A stretch of 64,000 nucleotides of DNA from a candidate division WOR-3 bacterium (lineage in GTDB: Bacteria > Hydrothermota > Tepidihabitantia > Tepidihabitantales > Tepidihabitantaceae). The position numbers and the translations under genes are program-made. The DNA lies in the NCBI GenBank assembly GCA_965649225.1, contig CBFGJX010000003.1:1-64000 (forward strand), in the 5' to 3' direction. The notes under the pieces are model-generated. The model was not told the DNA's origin and searched no databases. It saw only the letters and a program-made list of their open reading frames with translations. The stretch's first letter is position 1. Each line of letters opens with the position of its first letter. Positions 33,782 to 42,790 of this stretch are shown one piece after another.

Positions 33782-36700
33782 TCAGCTTTCCGGCAGTTCC
33801 CCGCGGTCTATTCCATAGCGGCGGATTAGACGCTGGAGCTGACGTCGATGGGTTCCAAGTTGTTCAGCTGCCTTGCTGACATTTCCGCCGGTACTCTTGA
33901 GCGCTGTCAGGACCTGTTCCTTGTCCAGTGTCCGACGCCTGCCATTCCCGGCTGTCGCATCATCGGCCAAGACGCGAATGTAATCAGGCAGGTCTTCAAT
34001 GCTGATACGCCGGTTCTGTGTCATCAGGACCGCCCGTTCAATGACATTCTGAAACTCTCTGACATTACCGGGCCAGGAATGCTTGGTGAACACCTTGATT
34101 ACCGCGTCGTCAAACCCGGTAACCGGTTTGTCCACACGCAGGGCATAGCGTTTAACAAAGTAACTGGCCAGTTGCGGAATGTCGGATGTCCGTCGGCGCA
34201 ACGGCGGCACGTCAATTGTAACAACGTTCATCCGGTAAAAGAGGTCCTGTCGAAACCGGCCGTCACGTACATCACGTTCCAGGTCCCGGTTTGTCGCGCA
34301 GATCATCCTGACATCGACCTGCCGGACCTTCGTCTCGCCAACCCGGCGAATAACCTTCTCCTCCAGTACCTGGAGCAGCTTGGCCTGCACACTCAGCGGT
34401 GCGTTGGAAACCTCGTCCAGAAAGACCGTGCCACCGTCCGCAGTCTCGAAGATGCCGGGTTTATCGGCAACCGCGCCGGTAAAAGAACCCTTGGCATGGC
34501 CAAAAAGTTCCGACTCCAGCAGCGTCTCGGTCAGGGTACCGCAGTCAACCGAAACGAACTGTTTTCCCCGCCGGGCGCTCTTCGAGTGTATCAGACGGGC
34601 AATCACACCCTTGCCGGTGCCGGTTTCACCGGTCAGCAGCACCGTTGCATCTGACCGGGCGATGCGGTCAACCAGCCGATAAACCTCCTGCATTGCCTTC
34701 GAACGCCCGAGAAAACAACCGGTGGCGGCATCTTCCAGAATATCGGCCCGGACTGCCGACACCTCCTCCTGCAGCCGTCGAAACGTCGCCGAACGGTCAA
34801 TGGTTGCCGCCAGCAGGTTGGATACAGAAGTCAACAGATTGGTGTCTTCGTCAAGAAACAGGTGGGCAGTTATCCTGCTGTCGAGATAGATCGTGCCGAT
34901 GACCTTGCCGTCATTGAGCAGCGGAACGCACAAAAGCGACCGGATTTTGTTCAGCCTGACACTGTTGGAGCTGGCGAATCGGGTGTCAGCGCTGGCATCG
35001 GCGGCAATTATCATCTCGGCCCGGCGTTTGACTCGCCGCAGAACCGAACGGGAAATCGACTCGGCATCCTCCAGGGTTGCCTTGTCCATCCCCCGGCCGG
35101 CGGCCGGCACCAGCCGGTCTTCGTTGACCAGGAACAGCAACCCCCGTTCCGCCCGGGTCACCTCAATGATCAAATCCAGAATCCGTTCGGCAAAGTCTTC
35201 TTTCTCCAGTCCCATCGAAATGAGTTCGCTGAGACGGTAGAATACTTTCAGATACTCGCCGCGCTCCTTCGGCTTCAGCACCATTGTCGCCGAAACCTGC
35301 GTAATCCTGGTCATCAGCTCCTCGGCACGCCGGGCCGCCTCCACCGCACCCAGCTCCCGGAACAGCTTATGCGCCTCGCGGAGATTCTCGGTCGCCCGCC
35401 CGATTTCTTCCTGCGGCACCGGCCGGAAGGAGAACGAAATCCGAAAAAGGTCAACCTTGACATCTCCCGGATTCTGTTTGATCAGGGCCTGCACCGACGC
35501 CACCAGCGACAACGCCAGCTCATACCGACAGCCGCGTTCGCGCAGTATCTCGATGCTGCGCTGCACCTCCTGCACGCCCCGCTCCGGCCGGTCAAGAAGA
35601 CAGTTGGCAAGCCCTGAAAAACGCAGTGCAACAGCGTATTCTTTTGAATTAGGCCGACTTTCCAGCAGCCGTAGCGCCCGCAGCGCTTCAGACGCAGCCC
35701 GTCGGGCATCACCAGTTGCCAGACGCAGTTCAGCGGCCAGCGTATGCAGCAGGGCCAGATTGCGGAGATTGCGCTCCCGACGGATGGTAGCGAAAGCACT
35801 GGCAAGCTCGCGTCTGGCAATGTCAAACTTCTCGGTCCGCAAACCGACTCTGACCCGACAGGCGGCAAGATGAGTACGCAGGAATGTGTCACCCGACGAG
35901 CCGGCCATTCGCGTCGCTTCCTCAATCAGCCGCTCGGCTTCGTCAAAACGTCCCTGTTTTGACCGCAGTTCGGCCAGATTGGCCAGCGTCACCGCCAGCT
36001 CAGTCTGACGGGGAGTGGCCAGACGGGCATGGAGTGCCTGAGCCGTGTCGAAATACTTCCCGGCGGCACCCCAGTCGCCTCGCTCATCACAGACTGTTCC
36101 GAGATTGCTGTTGAGGTCTGCGGCAACGGCGGTGTCACCAATCCGGTCGGCATAGCCCAGCGCCTCGCTGAAGTAGTCGTGAGCCCGGTCCCATTCTCCT
36201 TCTTCCAGACTGATGACCCCCAGTCCCTGCAGCGAGTGCATCAACAGGTCAACATCGCCAGCCTGGCGGTGTTCGGCCATTTTCCGTTCGTAGAATTCGC
36301 GCGCCTTCTCGTTCGAGCCCCGCCGGAGCCAGAGCGTGGCGATAAACTGGCTCACCTTGCCGGCATTGTGCCGGTCGCCGAGCGAATCATAGGTTGCCAG
36401 ACTGCGCTCGGCCAGCTGCAGCGCCAGCACCGGATCGCGCCGAGAAAAAGCCTGGACACTGAAATAGTAGAGCGTCGCTGCCGAAAGCCGGCCGTACTGG
36501 GCCGAACCGGCACGTCGCAGTTTTTCGACATACTGCAACGAACGGGTCAGCAACTCCTCGGCCTTGGCATGGTTACCCTGCATGCAGTAACACCAGCCAA
36601 GATTGTTAAGGAGATTGATGTGCACTACCGAGCCCGTCTCGCGCAGCATCGACAGCGCCTGGTTATAGAAACTGATCGCCTCATCAAGACGACCCAGCTT

Positions 36701-39022
36701 CTCGTAAACGGTTCCCAGCGACTGGAGAAACTGCGCCAGCAATGTGCTGTCGCCGCTCAGTTCCTTGTCGGCGACGACAATACTCATTCCCTGTTTGAAA
36801 CAGTCGACGGCGTCGGCATGACGCCCGGTAAGACAACGCAGGACTCCCACCAGCCGCATCAGCTCCGCCTTTTCGCGCGCCGAAGGAATCTGCGCCGGCA
36901 GAGCCAGCGCCGTCTCGTAGAAAGTCAAAGCTTGTTCCCAGAGCTGATAGCGACGAGCACGGTCCCCGGCTCGAATCGAATAGTGATAAGCCCGGTCGCT
37001 GATGCCCGCCTGAGTGTAGTGGTGGGCGAGGTCGAAAATCAGTCGATCCTGCCGTTCTGGATAAAGCAGTTCCAGCGCCAGCGCCACACGGCGGTGACAG
37101 TCGCGCCGCTGAGCCACGGTCTGGTCATCGGTAATCACCGCTTCAAGAATCTTGCTGGCCAGAATCAGATAACCCTCACCATCGCCGACATGCGTCCGCA
37201 GTATCCCCAGCGCCTTGAGCCGCCCCACTGCGGCAAACAGTGTCTTTTCATCAATCCCGAGCACCGCCCGCAGAAAATCGAGGGTGAACGGCCCCGCTGC
37301 CGCGCCAACCCGAAGAATCTCCCGCTCCTCATCCGACAGCTTCTCCAGCCGCAGCTTGACGACTTCAGCAACAGTTGCCGGTACTCGATACGACTGCAAA
37401 GCATCCAGCTCCAGCACCCAGCGGACACCACGCTGGACGACGATACCCTTGTCAACCAGTCCGTGGACAGTTTCGATGACGAAAAGCGGGTTGCCGGCGG
37501 TGACGCCCATCAACCAGTCCACCAGTTTGTCAAGGTAGGTAACCTCACCAAGCAATGAACCAACCAGAGCCCGCACTTCATCGCTGGTCATCGGCGGGAC
37601 AGCGATGTGCCGGAAACCCGGGTGCCGCTCCAACTCGGCGATGAGCTCAATAAAACGTTTCTCTTTCAGCCCGGCCACCGCAATCAGCAGCCGCTCGTCG
37701 GCCAGGCTGAAAACCAGATAACGTAAAAACTCCAGGCTGGTAGGGTCGAACGACTCGAAATCGTCCACCATCAACACCAGACTGTGTTCGACCCGCGTCG
37801 AGCTGGCATACTCTTTCAACTTGCGGGCGACGCTCTCAAAGACGAGGTACTTGGTTTCTTCGGGCACGAAACCGGTCAAGTCACCAGCCATCGGCAGGCT
37901 GCCGCCGTCCTGAAGCCGAAGCTGTGTGATTAGCGACTCAACCAGCGATTGCGGCCGGGCACCAAGCGACACCGGTTCAAAACGAAGGATCGTGGCGCCT
38001 TCGATCTGAGCCTGGAAACGGAACTCGGCAAGCAGCCGACTCTTGCCAACGCCGCGTTCACCCGAAATACACACCGCTCCGGCTCGGCCCTTGCCGGCTT
38101 CCGCCAGGAGAGCGCTGAGCTGAGCCAGCTGCTCGGACCGACCGACAAAACCCGGTGCCATCAGATACCAGCGATTGCCGGTCGAAAGCTCCTCGGGCAG
38201 ACTGCCAGCCAGCGTTTCGATTACCGCCGAGGCCGAACGGGGACGCCTTTCCGGTTCCCGCTGGGTCAAGGCGGTAATCAACAAATCAATATGTTCCGGG
38301 ATACTCGGATTGACTTTACGCGGCGGCTCCAGTCCACTCTGGTACTGTGTGCGCAGCCAGTTGCGCAGACTTGGCTCATGGGCCGGACCGACCCCGGTGA
38401 GAATTTCATAGAGAACTATCCCGAGGGAATAGAGGTCGGCACGGGCGTCAGCGTCGCCCCCCTTGAAGACCTCGGGCGCGATATAGCCTAACGTCCCGCG
38501 CGGTTCGTTGGCTTCGACCAGCGATACCTGCTCGGCGAATCCGAAATCCAGCAACTTGGCTTCAAAACCGTTATCGCACCGGCGCACCAGAATGTTCTGC
38601 GGTTTGAGGTCGCAGTGAATCAGACCCTGACTGTGAATTGTGTCAAGCGCATCCAGCAGCTGCAGCAACACTGCTGTCAGGTCATCAGGGTTGCAGTTCT
38701 TGTTAAAGACCTGATTGATCGGCTGGCCCGGAAAGTAGTCCATCGTGAAGAACGGCCGGTGGTCAGCGGTTGTTCCGAAATCATGTACGGCAATGATGCC
38801 TTTGTGGGCAAACCGGGAGAGATAATAGAACTCGCGGTTCAGCTGTGTCTCTGCTTCACGGGGTACCCCGCCTAGCAACACCTTCAGCGCGAGGACCTTG
38901 CCGCCGATGATATCCTTTACCCGGTAAACTTCAGTGACTTCACCACCACCCAGTCGTTCAATCACTTGAAAGCGGTCAGAAATCAACTGGCCGGGCTGGT
39001 ACGAGCCGGTTTGATTCTGCAC
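33782..39022 (-). CDS. giant fusion: Hanks-type Ser/Thr kinase, STAND/AAA_16-like ATPase, TPR repeats, GAF, sigma54 AAA+ activator, Fis-type HTH
   Basis: ALK, HCDLKPQN, DFG, GTLGYIAPE; FVGR..GERGVGKSR, LMVDD, GNPLF; TPR helices; GAF SLLCVPL..GTIYLD; GETGTGK, ESELFGHAKGSFTGA, FLDE, FRQDLFYR, WPGNVRE; GNVSKAA. Start set at GTG 39022, just after its promoter. Confidence 0.92.
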   Translation of the reverse strand: MQNQTGSYQPGQLISDRFQVIERLGGGEVTEVYRVKDIIGGKVLALKVLLGGVPREAETQLNREFYYLSRFAHKGIIAVHDFGTTADHRPFFTMDYFPGQPINQVFNKNCNPDDLTAVLLQLLDALDTIHSQGLIHCDLKPQNILVRRCDNGFEAKLLDFGFAEQVSLVEANEPRGTLGYIAPEVFKGGDADARADLYSLGIVLYEILTGVGPAHEPSLRNWLRTQYQSGLEPPRKVNPSIPEHIDLLITALTQREPERRPRSASAVIETLAGSLPEELSTGNRWYLMAPGFVGRSEQLAQLSALLAEAGKGRAGAVCISGERGVGKSRLLAEFRFQAQIEGATILRFEPVSLGARPQSLVESLITQLRLQDGGSLPMAGDLTGFVPEETKYLVFESVARKLKEYASSTRVEHSLVLMVDDFESFDPTSLEFLRYLVFSLADERLLIAVAGLKEKRFIELIAELERHPGFRHIAVPPMTSDEVRALVGSLLGEVTYLDKLVDWLMGVTAGNPLFVIETVHGLVDKGIVVQRGVRWVLELDALQSYRVPATVAEVVKLRLEKLSDEEREILRVGAAAGPFTLDFLRAVLGIDEKTLFAAVGRLKALGILRTHVGDGEGYLILASKILEAVITDDQTVAQRRDCHRRVALALELLYPERQDRLIFDLAHHYTQAGISDRAYHYSIRAGDRARRYQLWEQALTFYETALALPAQIPSAREKAELMRLVGVLRCLTGRHADAVDCFKQGMSIVVADKELSGDSTLLAQFLQSLGTVYEKLGRLDEAISFYNQALSMLRETGSVVHINLLNNLGWCYCMQGNHAKAEELLTRSLQYVEKLRRAGSAQYGRLSAATLYYFSVQAFSRRDPVLALQLAERSLATYDSLGDRHNAGKVSQFIATLWLRRGSNEKAREFYERKMAEHRQAGDVDLLMHSLQGLGVISLEEGEWDRAHDYFSEALGYADRIGDTAVAADLNSNLGTVCDERGDWGAAGKYFDTAQALHARLATPRQTELAVTLANLAELRSKQGRFDEAERLIEEATRMAGSSGDTFLRTHLAACRVRVGLRTEKFDIARRELASAFATIRRERNLRNLALLHTLAAELRLATGDARRAASEALRALRLLESRPNSKEYAVALRFSGLANCLLDRPERGVQEVQRSIEILRERGCRYELALSLVASVQALIKQNPGDVKVDLFRISFSFRPVPQEEIGRATENLREAHKLFRELGAVEAARRAEELMTRITQVSATMVLKPKERGEYLKVFYRLSELISMGLEKEDFAERILDLIIEVTRAERGLLFLVNEDRLVPAAGRGMDKATLEDAESISRSVLRRVKRRAEMIIAADASADTRFASSNSVRLNKIRSLLCVPLLNDGKVIGTIYLDSRITAHLFLDEDTNLLTSVSNLLAATIDRSATFRRLQEEVSAVRADILEDAATGCFLGRSKAMQEVYRLVDRIARSDATVLLTGETGTGKGVIARLIHSKSARRGKQFVSVDCGTLTETLLESELFGHAKGSFTGAVADKPGIFETADGGTVFLDEVSNAPLSVQAKLLQVLEEKVIRRVGETKVRQVDVRMICATNRDLERDVRDGRFRQDLFYRMNVVTIDVPPLRRRTSDIPQLASYFVKRYALRVDKPVTGFDDAVIKVFTKHSWPGNVREFQNVIERAVLMTQNRRISIEDLPDYIRVLADDATAGNGRRRTLDKEQVLTALKSTGGNVSKAAEQLGTHRRQLQRLIRRYGIDRGELPES

Positions 39023-39166
39023 AACGGCCCAATATACTGCCGTCCTCTGTCTTGTCAATAGCAACAGCTCAGGGTGCCAATCTCTATATCTTTCACATCT
39101 CTGGACTTATTACGAGCCACCGACTCTGTTTGACTTGTCGCACCGGGCCGCTAGAATTCTGCGTTC

Positions 39167-40024
39167 ATGGCAAATCGCATCAGGCACCATCTGAGCCAGA
39201 CGATACTTATCGTTATCGGCTCGGTAGTGATGGCTCTCTCGTACAATCTCTTCCTCATCCCCCACCAGATTGTCCCTGGTGGTGCCGGCGGCATCGCCAT
39301 GATTCTCAATCACTTCTTCGGCACGCCAGTCGGTCTTGCCATCGTTTTCATCAACATCCCGCTGTTCATCATCGGTATCCGGGTCTTGGGCAAGAGCTAC
39401 GGAGTCAAGTCACTGTTGGGAATTGCACTCTCCTCGGCAATGATCGACGGCACCAGCTATCTGCTGAAAGTTCATTCCGCAACCGACAACCCGATACTGG
39501 CCTGCATCTTCGGTGGCATAATGCTCGGCGCCGGTCTGGGACTGGTATTCCGCGGCGGCGGTTCTACTGGGGGGTCCGATATCGTCGGTCAGGTTATCAG
39601 CCATTACAGCAACCTGTCCACCGGCAGCGCAATTCTGCTTGTCGACGCAATCGTGATCTCGGCGTCCGGGCTTGCCTTCGGTCGCCTCGAAGCTGCCCTC
39701 TACGGCTATGTTAACCTCTATCTGCAGTCACGGTCGATCGACCTTGTCCTCGAAGGTCTCAGTTATACCCGCGCCATTTTTGTCATATCCAGTGCGGCCC
39801 CACAGATTGCCCGTGCCATCACTTTGCGCCTCAACCGCGGCGCGACGGTTATCCCCGCCACCGGCGCCTACACTGGCGAACCAAGAAACATGGTGTTCTG
39901 TGTGATGTCGAAACGTGAAGTTGTCCGTGCCCGCGAGATTGCCCGCGAAATCGATCCCGGTGCATTCATCATCATTACTGACGTCTATGAAGTCCACGGC
40001 CAGGGATTCCGTCCGCGTACCTGA
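39167..40024 (+). CDS. YitT family membrane protein
   Basis: PGGAGGIA, NIPLF, GGSTGGSDI, RGAT, C-terminal IDPGAF..EVHGQGF. Confidence 0.92.
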   Translation: MANRIRHHLSQTILIVIGSVVMALSYNLFLIPHQIVPGGAGGIAMILNHFFGTPVGLAIVFINIPLFIIGIRVLGKSYGVKSLLGIALSSAMIDGTSYLLKVHSATDNPILACIFGGIMLGAGLGLVFRGGGSTGGSDIVGQVISHYSNLSTGSAILLVDAIVISASGLAFGRLEAALYGYVNLYLQSRSIDLVLEGLSYTRAIFVISSAAPQIARAITLRLNRGATVIPATGAYTGEPRNMVFCVMSKREVVRAREIAREIDPGAFIIITDVYEVHGQGFRPRT

Positions 40025-40087
40025 AGTGACCCCGCTTTCGTCGCCACTCCGACCTTGTCGTGCCTTTGACTTCCTGACGTCTCGTCA

Positions 40088-40879
40088 ATGAAACGCTACC
40101 GCATCGGTTTCTTTCAGTTTCAACCCGTTCACCGGGACCCTCAAGCCAACATCAATCGTATCTGCGCGGCTCTGTCCAATGTTGACGCCGACCTGCTTGT
40201 CCTGCCCGAACTCTGCACCACCGGCTACCTCTTCGCCTCTGCAAGCGAACTGACCCAATATGCCGAGCCGGTTCCAACTGGCCCCGCCTGCAAGGCAATC
40301 GGACGTCTCAGCCACGAACGCAACGTCAGCATCGTTTTCGGCCTGCCGGAACTGACCCCGACTGCAATCTACAACAGCGCCGTCATGGTAACTCCGACCG
40401 ACAAGACTCACGTCTATCGCAAGACCCATCTGTTCTGGGAGGAGAAACAGCTGTTCAGCCGTGCTGTGAACCGCTTCTCCGCCATTGATATTCCAGGATG
40501 CCGCGTCGGACTATTGATTTGCTTTGACTACTTTTTCCCCGAGGCTGCCCGGGCGCTAGCACTCGACCGGGCGCTAGTAATCTGCCACCCGGCCAATCTG
40601 GTGCTTGACTACGCCCAGTCGATGACGATCACCCGGGCGGCTGAAAACCGCGTGTTCTGGGTACTGGCCAACCGGATTGGTGCCGAGAAGCTGGGTGAAA
40701 AGGAGATGCATTTCACCGGCCGGAGTCAGATTGTCGACCCGACCGGCCGACTCCTCTGCCGGGCCGAACCCGACCGTGAAGAATTGACCGTGCTCGAAAT
40801 CGACCTTGACCTGGCCGAGAACAAACTCGTTACCGCCGCCAACCACATCTTCGACGACCGCCGTACCGACCTTTACTGA
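40088..40879 (+). CDS. carbon-nitrogen hydrolase (nitrilase superfamily)
   Basis: Glu-Lys-Cys triad: LPELCTTGY, YRKTHL, ICFDYFFPE. Confidence 0.93.
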   Translation: MKRYRIGFFQFQPVHRDPQANINRICAALSNVDADLLVLPELCTTGYLFASASELTQYAEPVPTGPACKAIGRLSHERNVSIVFGLPELTPTAIYNSAVMVTPTDKTHVYRKTHLFWEEKQLFSRAVNRFSAIDIPGCRVGLLICFDYFFPEAARALALDRALVICHPANLVLDYAQSMTITRAAENRVFWVLANRIGAEKLGEKEMHFTGRSQIVDPTGRLLCRAEPDREELTVLEIDLDLAENKLVTAANHIFDDRRTDLY

Positions 40880-40932
40880 ACAAGCCGAGGCCGCACTGCC
40901 ATCACAGTGCCAGACCTCCAGCTCAATCTGGC

Positions 40933-41364
40933 TTAGAATTCATCTTTGCCGGTAAGCTCCTGCTCCATTTCGTCGGCCGCCTCGACAACGAACTTTATCA
41001 CCGACAGCAGTGTCTCAGCATCCGGCTCGGCCGAAATCTTGACTGAGAAAACCGCAAAATAGTCGTCGCCCATTTTCGCGGCTTCCCAGGCACCGAGTTT
41101 CATTTTACGGTTCTGTCTCAGCAACCGAAAAGAGACATCGGCCGGGAATTCGACCGGGCTCCGGTACGCCGGTGCCCAGACCTCACGCACTTCCATCCCG
41201 CGGTAGGTCGAAGTACCGGAATTGATCCAGACCAGTTGACTGCGGCCGTGGTCAAGCTGAAATCCGAGTCGGAAGTCGCCGTCTTCATCAATCTTGTATT
41301 TCAGACCAAGTTCAATCAGCAGCTTTTCCACCCTTGCGTCCGGGTGCTTTTTATCGCCGATCAT
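40933..41364 (-). CDS. YbjN-like (T3SS chaperone-fold) protein
   Basis: Y.IDEDGDF, LLRQN..KLGAW and AADEME pattern; strong SD. Confidence 0.7.
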   Translation of the reverse strand: MIGDKKHPDARVEKLLIELGLKYKIDEDGDFRLGFQLDHGRSQLVWINSGTSTYRGMEVREVWAPAYRSPVEFPADVSFRLLRQNRKMKLGAWEAAKMGDDYFAVFSVKISAEPDAETLLSVIKFVVEAADEMEQELTGKDEF

Positions 41365-41388
41365 TCTATCCTCCCTGCCACCAGCAGA

Positions 41389-41559
41389 CTACTTGTCGTA
41401 CAGCCAGGCCTCTGCCTTGTGCATTGCCTAACCGGCCGATTCGGCTTTGCCGATACGGGTGACTCCGGCATAGACAACATAGACATCCTTGCTCGAACGA
41501 TCCCATCGAACCTCAGTGCTCTTATGCGTCTTTCCTGATTTGACGTGCCCTATGGTCAT
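41389..41559 (-). pseudogene. small ORF (43 aa, TAG, 12 aa) with an internal amber codon
   Basis: MTIGHVKSGKTHKSTEVRWDRSSKDVYVVYAGVTRIGKAESAG*AMHKAEAWLYDK*; AAGGA SD; upstream TTGACT..TAGAAT. Confidence 0.55.
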
Positions 41560-41705
41560 TCAGCGGTCCTTTCCGGCTCGGAATCATCGCGGACTTGCCC
41601 CCAAGAACAAGGCTGGAACTAAATTCTAGAACGTAGCATGCCAGGAAGTCAAGGTTCATCCACCCAAGAGGACGCTGCCGAAGAGACAATAAAGACAGCG
41701 GCCGG

Positions 41706-42671
41706 CTAGACAGCCTCGATTGTCGATGGCGGCTTGGTGGTGATATTATAGGTCACGCTCACCACCCCCGGCACCTCAATCGTGATGCGCTCGGCCAGCC
41801 GCTCCAGCTTCTCCCAGGGCAGGCGGGTCACCGTCGCGGTAACGGCGTCGGTGCTGTCAAAACAGCGCAGCTCGATTTGCTCGCCGAATTCACGTCTGCC
41901 GCCCCGCATCCCGGTCACCTTGTCCTGATGCAGAACGGCGAGATACTGAAACGCCTTGCAGCCGGCAAGCTCGGCCTCCAGAATCGCGGTCGCCTTGCGC
42001 ACTGTCGCCACGCGCTCGCGCGTCACCTCGCCGATGACCCGTGCCGCCAGCGCTGGACCCGGAAACGGCGGCCGCGCGTAAATTTCCTCAGGCAACCCCA
42101 GCGCCTTGCCGACCATGCGGATTGCGGTCTTGCGCAGTTGCAGCACCGGCTCCAGCACCTTGTACCCGAACTCCTTCTGGGTATCGATCCCAAGCTGTTC
42201 GAGGATGTTGTGCTGACGCTTCACGCCCGCGACCGTCTCCTCCACATCGGTCCAGTTCGTACCTTGCAGGAGAAACTTCGCGCCGCTTGCGCGCACCAGT
42301 TCTCCGAACACCTTCTTGTAGAACGTCTGGGTAATCGCCTCGCGTTTCTGTTCCGGGTCAACGAGACCCGCAAGAGCCCCGAAGAACGCGTCCTCGGCAT
42401 TGATCAGTTCGACCTCGACGCCGAGTTTTGCGAACACACCGATGATGTACTCCGGTTCGCCCTCGCGCATAATGCCGTTGGACACGAAGTAGGTCTTCAG
42501 CCGCCTGCCCAGTGCCCGGTGCCCGAGCATCGTCACGACCGACGAATCCACCCCGCCGGACAGGGCATTCACGGCCAGCCCGTCGCCCACGGTCCGGCGC
42601 AGCGACTCGACCTGCTCGTTGATGAACTGCTCGACGTTCAGTTGCTCGGGCGTTATCTCTTTGACGTTCAC
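41706..42671 (-). CDS. guaA: GMP synthase ATP-pyrophosphatase/C-terminal subunit (no glutaminase domain)
   Basis: LSGGVDSS PP-loop, DPEQKR, LLQGT, PFPGPALA, ITTKPPSTIE; only 321 aa. Confidence 0.9.
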   Translation of the reverse strand: MNVKEITPEQLNVEQFINEQVESLRRTVGDGLAVNALSGGVDSSVVTMLGHRALGRRLKTYFVSNGIMREGEPEYIIGVFAKLGVEVELINAEDAFFGALAGLVDPEQKREAITQTFYKKVFGELVRASGAKFLLQGTNWTDVEETVAGVKRQHNILEQLGIDTQKEFGYKVLEPVLQLRKTAIRMVGKALGLPEEIYARPPFPGPALAARVIGEVTRERVATVRKATAILEAELAGCKAFQYLAVLHQDKVTGMRGGRREFGEQIELRCFDSTDAVTATVTRLPWEKLERLAERITIEVPGVVSVTYNITTKPPSTIEAV

Positions 42672-42790
42672 GTTGCCTCCTGTGCGACCGCTCTTACCAA
42701 GCCTAGGTCGGCTGATGCCTTGGTCAAGCTTGGGCTACCGCTCTTTGAATATTGCCACTCCGTCCTGATGTGCTAAACTGCGGCGAGTAA

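Noticed and set aside
36029..37558. 509-aa plus-strand ORF
   Set aside because: Antisense shadow of the TPR region of the giant activator; no motifs or SD.
39060..39080. TGGCAC..TTGC upstream of the giant activator
   Set aside because: The spacing is not GG-N10-GC, so it is not a sigma54 promoter.
41627..41643. TGGCATGCTACGTTCT sigma54-like site
   Set aside because: Lacks the -12 GC; better read as the spacer of a TTGACT/TAGAAT sigma70 promoter.
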